Shown here piece after piece: positions 23,401-37,100 of a DNA stretch of 64,000 nt. This DNA comes from Psammoneis japonica (Eukaryota): NCBI GenBank assembly GCA_008632985.1, contig QPGO01000162.1, forward strand, positions 1 through 64,000, given 5' to 3'. The position numbers were made by a program, and so were the translations under genes. Under the pieces are notes generated by a model, which was given only the letters and a program-made list of their open reading frames with translations, was not told where the DNA came from and ran no database searches. The number at the start of each line of letters is the position of its first letter. Positions within the stretch are counted from its first letter, which is position 1.

Positions 23401-26400
23401 CCACATGATTGGAGTTGCTTTTGAAGCAGGAGCAGCACCATGGAGGCAACGGAGGTGCTGTTGGTCACACACAGCAATCCACAAGTCTGGCCACCATCAA
23501 GCCCAAGACAATCAACCACATGGTCTTTGTTCTTGAACTTCAAACCAGCCAATGCAAAATCAACCATGAGTCCTTGATGCACTTGAGCAGCAATGCAGGT
23601 GGAGTTGGGACCCATGGCATTCTCAGTCTGCTTCACTTGGGTGCAGGCAGGGCAAGTGTCCAAATGAGAAGTGCCACATGGGCAAACTTTGGGACCCCAT
23701 CAACATGGTGGCAAGCATCACAAAAGTGGTGATCACTTGGGTTTGCAAGGTGTTGGTGCCATGGGAGATGTTCAGTGTCAGCCTTGAGTGCCTGGACTGG
23801 TGCCTTCTTCTCAAGGCAAGCATCAAAAGGCATGTCTTGACAACAGTGTGAGATCTTCTTCATCTCATGCTGCAGAGCCTTCTTTTGGGGTTGGGGTTGG
23901 GGGTTGGTTTTCCTTGCAGGTGTCAATCACATGCACACAATGACTGCATCACATTCTTTGGCAAATGATGGAGCAGAGATCTTGAGCTCTTGAATGGACT
24001 CATCAACAATGTCATTCATTTTGAGGAGGATGAGGCAAAACACTTCTCATTGATCAGTTGCCCATGAATGATGACATCTTGTCTGGAGCAAAGTTGGTGT
24101 TGCGCGCACCTTGATCGTGGAACTTGAGCAAACAATCAACAGCACAGCCCTTCTTGTGATCACTCATGGATGTGCTGAAGGCCCGTTTGTTGACAAGGGT
24201 CACCTGGAGCTGTGGGGAGGGTGGCAAGCATGTGTGGCAACATGTCCAGCTTTGCTTGCCATGGGGATTCCAAGGTGTCCACAGCCATGGGGGGGCACCT
24301 TGACCAAGCACCAGGTTGACCTTGAGGGGGCATGGGTTGGACAGTGCAAAGGCTTGGCAGTGATGAAGCAGGTCCAGGTCACCAGTGCAGGAGATGCAGA
24401 CTCCAGCATCAAACTGAGCACAGTGCTTGTCACTCTCAAAATGAATGGTGTTTGCAAGGCATTGCACTTGTTGGAGTGTTCAAGGTTGAAAGGTTTGTCC
24501 AATGGTTGCTCAACAGTTCCTCTGCCCTCCCCTGATCTTGATCCCTCCCCTGATCTGCAGTGTGAAGCAATGGATCATTGTCAGGGAGAGTGATGATGCC
24601 AGGTGTTGTCAAAGAGGAGATGGGATGGGTGGCATCCACAACAGCATCTGGAGAAAGAGGTTTTGAACAAGCAGAAGGCAATGAAACGGGGGGGGCTCTT
24701 TCACAGCTGCCCCGCCATCATTGGTGTTGTCTTGGAGAGGAGAAAACAGGCTGCATTGAAGATCCAAAACCAGCTGAGATAGCCCAACTGAAAATCCAAA
24801 GGCAGAGATTCAGCAGGTGGGAGTGCTTGACCCCTCTTCCCAGAGGGCAAGTTTCCCTGTGTGCCAGCAAATGCAGCGGCAAGTTGAGCAGCCTCTCACT
24901 TCAAGAAATGGCACAAAAGCAAATGTGAAATCCCTTGATGCAAGGGTTGTTCTTCAGGATGGGACAATCTTCAAAAAGATGTTCACCAACACAAACTGAA
25001 CAAGGGCAGTTGGCAGCCTTGTTGGGCATGACCTTGAGCTTGAAAACAGATGCTGAGCAAGCAGCATGATGCAAGAGATGGCAGTTGTCTGTTGCAGGTG
25101 CATGAAGCAAGTTCAATTCATTGCAGAGAGACTTTCAAAAGTTTTGTTGCGCATGACCAGTGCATCATCAGGGGTCGAAATGTCTTTGGGTGGAGCAGGT
25201 GCTGGTGGGGCAACGTCAGCATTTGGAGGGGTGTCACAGTCCACAGCATTCACACCAAAAGAAGTGTGGGCAGAGTGTCATCACAATGTTTGTGTTGGTG
25301 GCATGGGTTCCGAGCATGCATGGAACAGTCATCCAAGCAGATCAGACTGTCTGCTGGGCTCAAAAACGTGCTGAGTGTTTCAACAATCTGTTTCTTGGTG
25401 CACTTGCACTTGCAGGCCAACAAATCTTGTTCATGTTCAGCAACCAAAGACAAGGACTTCCTCAAGCACTGGGCATTCTTGACAAAGACAGTCATCTCAT
25501 GAGGGTCATCCAAGGATGAGCCCATGTCAAAAATGAATGTGCTCAGTTGCAAAAAATCCTTGAACAACACAAAACAATTGTTGATCTGCAGGTTGCCTTC
25601 CTTGGGGCATGCATCAACCAATCACACTGCTTCCTCACAAAATGCTGGGTGAACTTGAAAAAGAATCTGTTTCAAGGTGCTGCAGCTGTTGCCACAGCAC
25701 AAGGCAACAATGCTGTGCAAGCGACTGTTCTTGGGGAACATGTTTGAGTGCAAGAGAAGCTTGTGCAAGGCATGCAAAGCTTCAAGGCAATGGATTTGCA
25801 TCTGTTGCAGGAGGTTGATGTCCTGGCTGTCAACAATTGCAAAGCCTCTGTCATCACCATGGTTTCATTTGAATCACCACAAAGGGTGTGCAAAGTGTCC
25901 ACAATCAGTGGCATGGTGCTGGAAGTTGAGATGCCACTGACAAATGCACCATGGAGAGAGTCATTGTGACAGAGACTTGGTTCATGGATGAGAGTCTTAT
26001 GATCTGGGGTTTGGCTGATGACAAAGAGGGAGCCATCAGGTGGGATGAGGTGGTCCGTTCCATCCAGGTGATGCACAGACCCACTGGAGCAGTGAACCAG
26101 TGAGTTCTTGAGGATCACTTTCTCAGACTCCTTGTGGTTGAAATGAGCTCACACATCCTTGGGCAGAGCATCTGGGTGGAACAAGAACTTGGACAAAAGG
26201 GTCATGGTGGGTGTTGTGCCAGAGCTTGTAACTTGGGATGAGGCAGCACCTGAAAGAGCTCAGTTGTCATTCAGTGCATCAATCAGATCTTGAACGTCTG
26301 CAGATCCTGAAGCATGGGACAGTGCCAGTGGGGTCTTGGGAGCATGGACTGGTGGGGATGTGGCAGCTGAGAACAACTTGCCCCAGTCCCTGAATGCATG

Positions 26401-27032
26401 TTGTGTGGAAGGAGAGAAGCACAGACATGAGATGCTGACAAAAACAATCACCTCGGTCTGCTGAGTCAAAAGGGCTGCCTTGATTTTATGGTCCATCATC
26501 TGTTGAGACAGATTGGATGGTTGATCTGATGATGCAGGGATGGAAACCTTGAGAGCGGCTCTGTTGAAGAGCAACATCACTGGAGACATGTTGAGAGGGT
26601 TGAGGGTTTCCAGCAGAATGAGCTCTCAAAGGATGTGATCCTTGAGTTGATCAATGATGTCATCCTTGGTTGTTGCATGCTTGAGATCCTCAAAAAATGA
26701 ATCCAGATTGATGTGATGACACCACAACAAAGGCTGTCAAAGTGCTTGGTGACTTCACTGCTTCAAGCATGTTGTTCAAAGACAACAGAAACCTCCTTGA
26801 GGGTGTCACAAGTGGGCTTCTTGGGGGCAGAAGGAGTCATGGTGGTGGATGAGGTGCACAAAGTTGTTGATCATGCACATGCAGAATCTGGCGTTGGTCT
26901 GCAAGAGCCTGTGCGCTGATGAAAAAAGCTGTTGGGATCAAAAATGGTGGCCGGCTTGTTCAGCTCACAAACCAAATGAATTGCAGCAGAAGTTGCAACA
27001 CAGAAGAATGACAACCTGATGAGGCCACTGCC

Positions 27033-27221
27033 TGTCAGAGCACTGGTGGGCAAGAGCAACAAGCCAAGGAGCTCCCTGCAAACTGGTGACAGTGGATGAC
27101 ACATGCACTGGCAAGAAAAAGTGAGAGAAGATCTCAGAGAGATCATCTCGACTGTCTGCCAAAGACATCTGACCATCATCTGCAAACAGTCTGACCATGC
27201 ACAGTGCAGATTCAGCCAACC
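27033..27221 (-). repeat. 5' LTR of the Copia element
   Basis: Direct repeat of 20232-20401. On the minus strand it ends ...GACA and is followed by GGCAGTGGCC, a possible mutated PBS. Confidence 0.85.
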
Positions 27222-27499
27222 ATCACATGCATTCTCAAAGCCTTGGCATGAGCTGGGAAGCAACCAATGTCAGGTTCTGAGTCTGCCCTTGGACAAAGGT
27301 GATTTGCTGCATTTGTTGTCATTTTCAGTGGTTGAAGGCCATCTGCCAGTCTGCCTGCTGGCAAGCATGCATGAGAAATGAGAAGAAGTTCACATGTGAC
27401 ATCACCTTGCAGCATGGGTGGATGACAGATGCTGCAGTGGGATGATGAAACTGGGTCATGTAGACAGGAAAAGGGAGGGGTTTGGAGTGGGAAACAGCA

Positions 27500-28170
27500 G
27501 AGCAGCACTCAACTTGGTTGAGCAATGGGCAAGTTGGTCAGCAAGGCACTTGGCAACTGCAAGAATGAGACTTTGAAGGCCCCGCTGGAGTGGTGCAGCA
27601 GTGTGATGAGAGAGGCCAAACTGGGTGAAGGGGGGCACATTTTCCCATGCCACATCAGTGGCTTGGAGGGCTCCAGAGGAGGGAGAGTGGAGTGTGCAGG
27701 TGCATGTGGTGTGGGAAGCTTGACATTGAAAGGGGGGGGGGCTTGGAGGTCCAGAACAGGTGGGGGGCTGAATGGTGTTGGTTGGGGCCAAAAAGCAAGA
27801 AATGGGTGAGACACCCATGGGCTCCCAGATGGCCAATGGCAAAAGGGATGAGGTGCGTGCCTTCTTGGTTCAGAGCAGCCACAGTGGTTGATTTGTGCTG
27901 GGGCCCACGACCACTGTTGTTGAACTTCTTCTGCTTGACACTCACATGGTGTGTGCCTTGGCAAAAGGGCTGAGTGTGAGGACAGGCAAGCCATGAGCTG
28001 GAAGGGGTGGCAGCTTTGAGTTGGTGATGTTGATGGCAAGGCACGTGTGACCCAACGGCGAAGCAGTGAAAGGGGTGGGGGTGAGTTGTGTTGGCTGCTG
28101 TTTGCCTGCATCTGTCAGTCACACACAAGCTGCTGGGTTGTGATGCGGGTGTGGGCAGCTTTGACATGCC
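27500..28170 (-). mobile_element. Possible 3' fragment of a non-LTR retrotransposon (RLE-type endonuclease region)
   Basis: KQKKF...AALNQEGTHLIPFAIGHLGAHG resembles the PFAxDxxGxxG motif at the C-terminus of RLE-bearing elements. Heavily mutated. Confidence 0.4.
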
Positions 28171-28384
28171 AGCAGAAACCCAGTTGCCCCATCAGCAATT
28201 CAAAAATTTGCATGACACCAATGGCACTTTCACAATGATGATGATGCAGCAGTGCCTCCAGTGCATTCCCACCACAGCCACACCACAGTGTGTGCTTCTT
28301 GATGTGACAAAGTTAGAAATGGAGCTGCCTCATTGGCGGCATCTCTGATGGTGTTGCTTTCAAATGAATTTGTGGACTGAATGT

Positions 28385-28980
28385 GGCGTGCATGGTGCTG
28401 GCAGCAGCAGGAGCCTTTCACTGCATTTGTGCTGGTGGCAGTTGGAGCCTGTGCACTGCTAGCAGCAATCAAGGCAGTTGCACTCTTTTCATCTGGTGGT
28501 GGTGGCGGGCACCCCTTTGTGCTGCTGGCACTGGCAGTGGTTGGAGGTTTTTGCTGCTGTCAGGCCCCAGCAGCGGTGGCAGTGGCAGCCTGTGCACTGC
28601 CAGCACTGGTGGTGGTGGGAGCCTGCACACCAATGGTGCTGGTGGTGGTTGGAGCCTTTTGCTGCCAACGCTGGTGGCAGCAGGTGCCTGTGCACTGCTG
28701 CTGTGGCACTGGTGGTGATGGGAGCCTGCTGTGTGGCTGCCAGCACTGGCAGCAGTCGGAGCCTGTGTGCCACCAGCCATCAAGGTGGCTGGATCCTTTT
28801 CATCTGGTGGTGGTGGGTGCTCTTGTGTGCTGCTGGCACTGGTGGTGGTTGGATCTTTTTTGCTGCTGCACCCGCGCACTGCTGGCACTGGTGGCAGTGG
28901 GAGCCTGCACACCACTGGCACTGGAAGTGGTTGGAGGCTTTTGCTGCTGGTGCTGGTGGCAGCAGGTGCCTGTGTGCTGC
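28385..28980. repeat. Degenerate minisatellite, unit about 30 bp (GCTGGCACTGGTGGCAGTGGGAGCCTGTGCAC-like)
   Basis: Recurrent GGCACTGGTGG and GGAGCCTG motifs. A higher-order duplication is marked by ATCAAGG...TTTTCATCTGGTGGTGGTGG near 28468-28505 and 28779-28817. Confidence 0.8.
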
Positions 28981-29150
28981 AAAAGATTCAGTGGTCCCAA
29001 GCATTTGGCAACAAAGCAAAGATCATTGCTTCATTGCAGAGTTGAGAAAAGTTGCACAACTTCCATTGCATCTTTGGCACAAAGTGGTCTGCGGCAATCT
29101 GCCTGATTTTTTGTGACAAGTCATTTAGAAAAAACCCACATGAGACACCA
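28981..29150 (+). repeat. About 165-bp dispersed repeat, copy 2
   Basis: Matches 11808-11970. Confidence 0.9.
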
Positions 29151-32100
29151 TGATGGAAGCTGCTCAGTCTAAAGAAAACTGCACTCACAATGTCCTTTTG
29201 CAGCTTCTTTAAGAAAACATGATGGGCCTTGTGTTGATTGCTTTGCAGGGGCATGCAGCAGTCTGGAAGAAAAACACAACAAACTGGCATTCCCAGTGTG
29301 CAGTCAGCCAGCACCCTTTGTGCCAAATGGCAGCACCATTCTCTCATGAACACACTTGAAAAGATGGAAAAGTGAGAATGCAAAGAAAGACATCTGTTCA
29401 TGAAATGGACCAACCCAGCAAGAAGAAGGACTTTGCTCAATGCTTTGAAACACAACTCAAGAGCAAAACAAACCTGGCTGGTTTCTCCTTGGCACCAGCA
29501 GGACAGAAAGACAGCAGGGGGTGCTGGGCCCAGAGAGGCCATTGTTGTTTCAAAAAAATCCTTCTAAAACAGGAGACAGCAATCAAAAGGGATTTTTCAA
29601 GCTGGTGAAATGTCTTCAATTGATTGTGGTCTTCAAAACTTGTTGTGATGATGCAACCCAATGGCACATCCTGCTGATCATGCACTTGCAGAACTTTCAA
29701 AATTAGACAACAACTTTCTGTGTGTCTTCATGTTCTCTCTTTCTCACAGGGAATCAAGAAAAGAAATTGAGGAAAGGAAGGAAAAAAAACCCTGGACAGC
29801 AACCAAAGGAGGCATTTGTTCAAAAAGCTTTTCATTGCTGCTGATGTCATGGGGAGTTTGCAATGATGGAACATCAGCAGTGGCATGATGCAGTCAGCAA
29901 CAGGTTCCTGTTTGGTGGCTCAAACTGTGCTTGACAATGTGCTGCCACTTCTGCTTGTTTTTCCCAAAGCTTCAAAGTGCAGCTGCCTCTGTGGCTGGCA
30001 AGACAATTGCAGACACAAGATTCACAGTGGAAAGAAAAACGTGCTTGGCTGCATTCACATCACACAGCAAGTCACTCTGTTGTGCAACAACATGCAACCC
30101 ATGACTGCAGATGGGCTGTGTTTTAACCCAAGCAACCCAGGTGTCAAGAGGAGCTGAGCAGGGACCCAGAGCATGACTTTTTCAAAGAAAGAGACTTGAA
30201 AGGCTTTGATCTTTGCAGCAATGCAAAAGGCATCAATCAATTGGAAAGTGAATGTCTTGTGAGGGGGGCACAGCTTGGAGCTGTCTGTGCAGTGATGGAG
30301 CAGCATGAACCACAGCACTTTTGGCCAATGGAGCATGAATGGCAAGCTCAAAGGGCAGCTGAAGGTGCACCTCCATGAAAACAGAACTGTGAATGAGGGC
30401 TTCCACAAGAGCACAAAGACATCAGAAATTGGAAAAAGGAAGAAAGGCCAGTGGGACCAAGACCAGCACTGACCCGGAACAAGACATTCTTGATTGGCAC
30501 AATTGCAAAAACAAGAAAAAACTCACAGAGCTGGACCCCAACTGAATGGAACATTGTGAGATTGGGATCTGCGTGCAAGTCTGGTGAGCTGGGCAATCAT
30601 CATGCAGAGCAAAGTTTTTCTTCCAAAGCCACACCAGGAACTGAAGCATGATCTGTGCACACATGATGATGCACAGGTGCAAGGAATCTGTTTGGATGAC
30701 AGCAAGGAGATGACGAGAACAACAATGTCACACAAATGCAGGCATCAGAAGGACTGGGTGTGGCTCATGTGCCATTCTCCCCTCAAGGGTTTGGCAAATG
30801 GATGCAGCAATGTGCTTCTTCTAGCTTCATTTGAAAAGATGCATCAAGATTCAAGGAGCCACAGCAGACATGTCTCATGTGATCTTGGTCTTGTCTGGCA
30901 CCACCAGATTGAAAGACAGGAGTGTTTGATCCTCTCCATTTGATGCATCATCATCTGATGTGCCATCTGGCCTGGGCCTGTCCACATGACCAAGGCTTTG
31001 TTTTTAGCTCCTCAGACTTTGAACAGCAGCACTTGTCAATGTGCTTTGCAGCAACCCTTGCCATGAGGCTTGAATCTAAAAAACCACACATCCAATTTAG
31101 AGTGCTGCTGTGAAATTGTCCAGCAAGGCTGGCATGGGCTGACCCACACTTCCAGCACACTGCAGTGCAGCAGAAGCTTGCAGGATTGGTCAGAAAGGGT
31201 GCAACCAGAGAGTGGTGCCCCACTGGAATGACTGGAGCAGAAGAAATGACACTTGATTTCATTGTGTGGTCTTTCTGGTGATGAACACAACAGCTGCACC
31301 ATGACAGCAAAGGATGGCAACATTCAGAAAACACTTCAAAAGAAACCATGTTCCACCTTTGGATTTGCTTGTGAAGCAAGCACCAGCCAGAGTCTGAAGG
31401 TTGCTCATTTTCACACCATGAAGAACTGCAGCAAGAACAGGGAGGTTGCCACTCAAAGGAGTGAGCTTGACAAGCCAGCAAGTGGAAGAAAGGGGTGGCA
31501 CAGGACTTGGAGGCATGTGACAAGGAGCCTTGAAGGTGTGGCTGGCTGGCCATTGGAAAAGTTGTTTGTCACACATGGAAACAATGCCGGATCTTGTGCA
31601 GAACAGCTGATGCATTCCACAAATGGGCCATTGTCAATTGATGCTAAAGGATGAATCAGACTCATGCTCATCAGGAGGGCAGAAATGCTGATGTGCTCCA
31701 CAAATGGATGATTGTCAATTGACACCAAAGGATGGATCACATTTGTGCTTGTCAGCACTGCAACAGAGGCAGTGCTTTTGCCAAGCAGAGTGAAGAACTT
31801 GTTTGGCCAGCAGGAACAAAGAAGAATGCTGCTTGGACAGATGGACATGGGCAGAAGCAGTTCAGAGATTTGACCAGGCATTTGTTGGTGGTTGTTGCCA
31901 AAGGGAGCAGAATTTGCACTGGATTCTGTGCTGAAAATTCCCTCACTCTGCAGAAAATTGTGAACGAGAATGGCAAGCATGCAAACCACAAGGAGTCAGC
32001 AATGCCAGTGATTTTCCAAAATGAGAAGTGTTGCTTGACTGTGGCAAAGATGAGCAATTGGCAGAGACAGCCAAAACAGGCTGTCAAGGCCCAAGGTGAC

Positions 32101-32939
32101 ACCCTCTGAGAAGGGCAACACCAGTGCAAGAGGGTGTGTGGAAACAAATGCAGCAGGTGCTGAGGGTGTGAGCAGCTGACATGAAAAAGTGCACGACTTG
32201 CATCCAGATTCTCCAGAGCTTCTCAACAAAGTTTGAGTTGCCACAATGCATTTTTCTCAACTCACATGCATTGGAGTGTGCTGCCACAAACTTTTTTGCT
32301 CCCTCCCTTGATGAAGCCAGAAAGCACAGAAATGATTTCTCTTGCATTGCTGGCAAGCAGGTTGGCCACCATTTGTCTTTGTCTGGTGCAACAACTTGCT
32401 GAGTGTGAGCTGGACAACATGAATTCTGGGCTGGTCACTTGAAAGGTTGGGATGCTGGACTGCATCAATGCAGTGGTGCACCACTTGCTTCAACGATGAA
32501 TGTGTTGCTCTCATTGAGGTTGTGTCAACTTGTTGATGCACGTCTTTTGCGTTTGTTCCTCTTTTGTGCTTCTTCTTTTGAGGCTCTTTTGCATCAATGC
32601 CAACAAGCTCTCATCATTTGCTGTCACCAGAAATGGGCTGATTTTCTTGTTCATGGTGTGAGATTGAGAAGAGCAATGGCTCAACATGTCATTGAGCCTG
32701 TTGGAAGGACCAGGCCCTGTGTTCTTTGTGGACAAAGTGTTGCTGAGTTCCCACACCAGCTCAGCCACATTTGGCTTGCTGTTGCTGCTTTCTTTGCTCC
32801 TTGCTGCAGCTCTGAAGCCATCCATCATCTGAGGATGCCACAGGGATGTTTTCTGTTGTTCCCAAGGCCCCTCCTTTGAGGACTGCCAGCTGATGGGTGT
32901 CTGGAGCAGTTGGTCAGAGAAGGCATGATGGAATGTGCA

Positions 32940-33075
32940 GGTGATGAAACCCCTGTGTGCCACTGGCATTGCAAGAGGCATTGTCAGATTGATGTTGATT
33001 GAGTTGAGAGTTGAGACTGCCATCAAGGGCGTGCATCAGACAGAAGTGCAAAACTTCAAATGCAAGTTCTTGGAA
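32940..33075 (+). repeat. Third, partial, mutated copy of the 3' flank of gene 9020-9739
   Basis: CCTGTGTGCCACTGGCATTGCAAGAGGCATTGTCAGATTGA...TTGAGACTGCCATCAAG...TGCAAGTT matches 9767-9871. Confidence 0.8.
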
Positions 33076-33334
33076 CATCAGAGTGCACGATGTCGCAACA
33101 TCTGCACACATGACAAAAACACATTGCCACATCATAAAATCTGCTCATCTGCACATGACGGTTTTTGTTGTTTGGCCAATTGTCAATCTCCTGCCATTCT
33201 TCATGTTTGAACACAGATGTTTTTTAATTTTTGTGCTCTGCCTTTTTCACAACAACCAACGGTCTTTAACGACAAGCCAAACATTGCAGCTGCATGCAAT
33301 GAAATTTTCATCATGCAAAGTGTGCACCAATTGT

Positions 33335-33824
33335 TCAATCAACAACTGTGCTCCAATTTGCCCAGTCATCCGCATTGTCCTCTTCATTCCACATGTCTTG
33401 TCCACTCTCTTGCAAGAATTTCAAACATGCCGCTGCCGCGTTGGATGTTTCCTCATCACCGTTCCAAAAAAGCCACACTGCATTTCTTGCATTTGGGTGG
33501 ACATCATCAAGAGGAAGAGGTCCCTCGAAATGCTGAATCGCATCACTGCTCCCCTCTTGACATCGTGTCGTCAGCTTCTTTTTCTCTTTCTTCATTTTGC
33601 CCGTCCCATTTTTCTCTTCCTTCCTCGTCTTGGCGCCACCTGTTTTCACCGTCTCCGGCATCTTTCCATCCAAATCCTTCTTTTTCATCAATCCCGTTGC
33701 CGTCGCCTTCATCTCTTGTTGTTGTTGTTTTTTTCTGTTGTGTGTCACTTTGTTTTGGTTCCATGTTTCTGACTTCTCTCTGTGCTGTCTCCATTTCCGA
33801 ATGTTTCTTTATGATTGTTCGCAT
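33335..33824 (-). pseudogene. Lys/Glu-rich small gene relic inside the TIR element
   Basis: Overlapping ORFs 33543-33824 and 33335-33748 read as one charged protein ending AVWLFWNGDEE...MWNEEDNADDWANWSTVVD. Confidence 0.4.
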
Positions 33825-34138
33825 GCGTCACTTGAATTCACCCACGTGTTTTTCACGTGCCTTAACGCGCATGTAGAAATCCATGTTTTTTTCCAGTGCA
33901 TGCACCCTTTCTCCTGATGCTGTTTCGCACAACATTTTCTTCCATCAATTCTACACTCCGCACCGCCCTTTCCCGGTGTGATCTCACGCAGGATTTCCCT
34001 GGGAGAAGTCACATGCGCGTCTGGTGGGTTTTTGTGTTTAAAACTCCAAATCGCACCAGGTGCACATGTGACTTCTCCCACACACCACACTGGCACATTT
34101 CTGCAGAAACCAGATTTTTTGGTGTTGGAACAGCAACC

Positions 34139-37100
34139 ATGGCGCCGCGTGACCTGTCGATTGCCTCTTTGTCGCAAGACAACAATGATTCCTGCCTCAA
34201 GGAGGCCGCATTTGAATCTCTCTTTACCAACAGTTTTGGAGTGATTGATGGCAATGAGCAGAGCCGTGTCAAAGCGACAATCGAGATGGCAAAATCCAAG
34301 GTTCAGTTTCACCGCGATTCCACTTGTGATCCCTCTCCGAATTGGATCGCGCTTGCCCATGTGTGGCAAAAGTCGAAGGGCAGACCTCATTTTTTTGTAG
34401 AACTGATGGCTGTGAACCGCATTGTTGCAAAGGAACTTGGGTGCAAGAGCTTGCTGCACTTTCTTTCCGCAAAAGGATGGAGTCACTCCAGTCAAGGTGC
34501 CAAACATCCTCATGCATTGGAGTGTTGCCATGCTCCCAAAGCAGAGGACATGAAAGTCGTCGGTGACAAGGCAAAATCAACAGACATTGCAACCAACATG
34601 ATGGCAAAGATTTCCATGTTGCACAAGCTTCTCCATGATCCCGGATTGTGCGACCCAAAGGGAGAGCCACTTGTCAAGCACACTGAGCTGAGAAGTTTTG
34701 AAGGGAAGGTTTTGCGTTACGCGCAATGCCTTCACATTGGTTTTTTGATTCTTCGTGACAAGATTCCACCGCACGCACCTGAAAGGAATGGTGATTGCAG
34801 TCATTGGCTGTGCTCCCTGTTCGGCGAATGTGATGAGACATCAACTTGCATCAACTTTTTGGAGAATTTCCTGGCTCTTGGTCACTGTGAGACGACCAAA
34901 GATGAATGCCCTGTGTCCTTCCCTGAATTCATAAAGTCGTTGTTCCACCAACACAAAAATTCTTGGGAAAAGCCCACGCGACTGGCGATGCTCGATGTCG
35001 AGCGAGAACAAATGTGTGCAACACATGTCGATGAGACTCTTTTAAGATGTGTGAAAATTGATCGTGTGGTTTCTGCCGCTGACAATTCCGGCAAAAGCAA
35101 GGCTGCAAGGGATCGTTTTGAGGCCATGTAGAAAGCCAGGCTTTGTGACTTTGCCACTCAGCACAAGAAGAAAGAAATCGGCAATGCAATTCCATCCGTT
35201 ACAAATGATGCTCGGAAATGAAAAAAATCCAAATGGCACGAATCCATCATGTTGTTTGATTGATTGTTTGTGCTCCTCTTCTCACCTCCAATTCTTCTGT
35301 TCTTCTTGCCACCTCTTTAGCCGCCTCCCTTTGCTCCTCAAGCCCCAGTCTCAAAAATCCCAAAGATGGCGAACCTTCTGATGTTTCTCAGAACGAATCG
35401 CTGATTCTCCAAGATGTGCCAACTCTCGAGGAACAATTTGAATGTTCCCGAACAAAGTGGCCGACCCTCGGTGTGACTTGTCAGTCGCCTCCTCCTCCGC
35501 CAGACAATTTCACAAAAGAAAAAGCTTGTGAAAGTGTTTCCTGAACCATCTCCGTTTGCGATTCCGGGTGAGGTGAAGTCACAACATTCTCACCTTGTCG
35601 TCTTTGAGGAAACCCCCATTTCAAGTTCCTTCAAGGGGAACTGTGTCAAGCACCAGTCACTCCACAGCATCTCCGATTTCTGCTTGGTGAATCACCTCCG
35701 CAAGCCCATGCATGGTTTTGAAAATGGTGCAGCTCCCAATGATCCGACGCAAGAATCGATGGTTGCAATCACTTGCCTGACCCAGTCAACCTCTCATTTT
35801 TCCAACGTGGTCACTTGTTTGCGATGCACGGACAAGATGCATCAGAAATGCTTTTTTGGATTGCGATTCAGTGTGTCGTCGACACTCCGTGCAGTGTTGG
35901 AACATGGTGAGCCGAACAAAAAAAGGGATGGACCAGAATGCAAGTTGCGCTGTCAGATCTGTTTTGGTTGTTTTTCGTGGACGGTGAGTTAGCTGAAGTG
36001 GGACCTGCTCACAAGCCTGGTGCTGTCTTTGGCAGGGACAAGTGGGAGAAGCTTCCAAAGGATGTGCAGGTGATGATGGCCTCAATCTTGGATGCCGCGC
36101 AACTCTGCGAGGACGAAATTAATCTTGTTGCTTTGAAAGAAATGCGTTCCTTCCATGACCCGTGCCGTGATGGTCTTTTCGCGGCTGAGCTCCGCAAGAT
36201 GGTTGGAGCCAAGCATATTAGAAGGGAAGGCGTGGAAATTCAAGTGAAGTGCATCTCGTCGTCCGGCAAAAAATCCGCCAATTCGAAAACCAAGCCACAC
36301 ATTGACAAAGAGGATTGTGACATGGATGGGTGCACCAAGACTGGTGCTCTTTGCTCATCACTGTGAGACGCTGTTGGTCGCTCTTGGTCGTTGAAGGTTG
36401 TCACTGCATCCAAAGGCAATGCTGGAAACCACGTCAGTTTGGCGCATGGGTGTGCCGAGTTCCGATCGCGTGTGCATGGTCATTTCGCAAAACTTGATCT
36501 GTCACATGCTGCAGAAATGATGAGATGCCGTGGCCCTTGTCGTCCTCCGTCGGGCAAGCTGGCCCACAGAAACATCAAAGATTTTTTCCTTGACCCTCAC
36601 TCTGTGTGGGTGGAAGAGGAAATTGGCAAGCCAAATCTTCCGTCCGACACAGTTGAGCATCCCGTCATTGTCATGCCAAGGAAACGTCTTCCGTTTGCCA
36701 TCGTGAAGGACTTTAATTTGTCGTGCGGTTGCTCGGCAATCATCGACAACCTCAATAGGTTGGTGCACACGATTGCTTTCGTTGCGCCATTGTGGCTGGG
36801 TGTCAAACCGGATTCTCCCGTTTTCACTGCTTGTTGTGCAACACAGATGCTGTGAAGCGTCCTTTCGTGGCTGGCGATCGTGTCCTTCATTACTTCAGAG
36901 AAGCTACGAGGCCGTTCGGCAGCATTGCGGGGGATCGCAATGACCGACGCATGCAGAGCCCAGGACTCGATTTCGAGGAGGTTCATGTGGCAGAGTGCGG
37001 GACGAAACTCAACGGTTTGATGGACTTGCTTGTTGGCGGACTGGTTGTTGTCATCGACTGGATCAATGACAATGTTGGCAAGCCAACGTTCCACAAGGCG

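Larger units (their letters stand above)
20232..27221 (-). mobile_element. Full-length degenerate Ty1/Copia LTR retrotransposon (diatom CoDi-like)
   Basis: Minus-strand order: gag/protease region, WHQHLANP..VDGVPKF and CPACTQVKQ (pre-integrase/zinc-binding), VDQGGEL/KFWPHAF/TFGCRVW/KGIFLG (integrase), ALQGHPESG and LLWQVNDFA (RT, 21415-22263), VDNESAI/HIDAQW/DLTKALG (RNase H). Flanked by two LTRs. Confidence 0.93.

Noticed and set aside
31607..31740. About 84-bp tandem duplication (CTGATG..CCACAAATGG..ATTGTCAATTGA..AAAGGATG.ATCA)
   Set aside because: Real but minor. It only repeats the TG/CA swap pattern already reported and has no assignable function.
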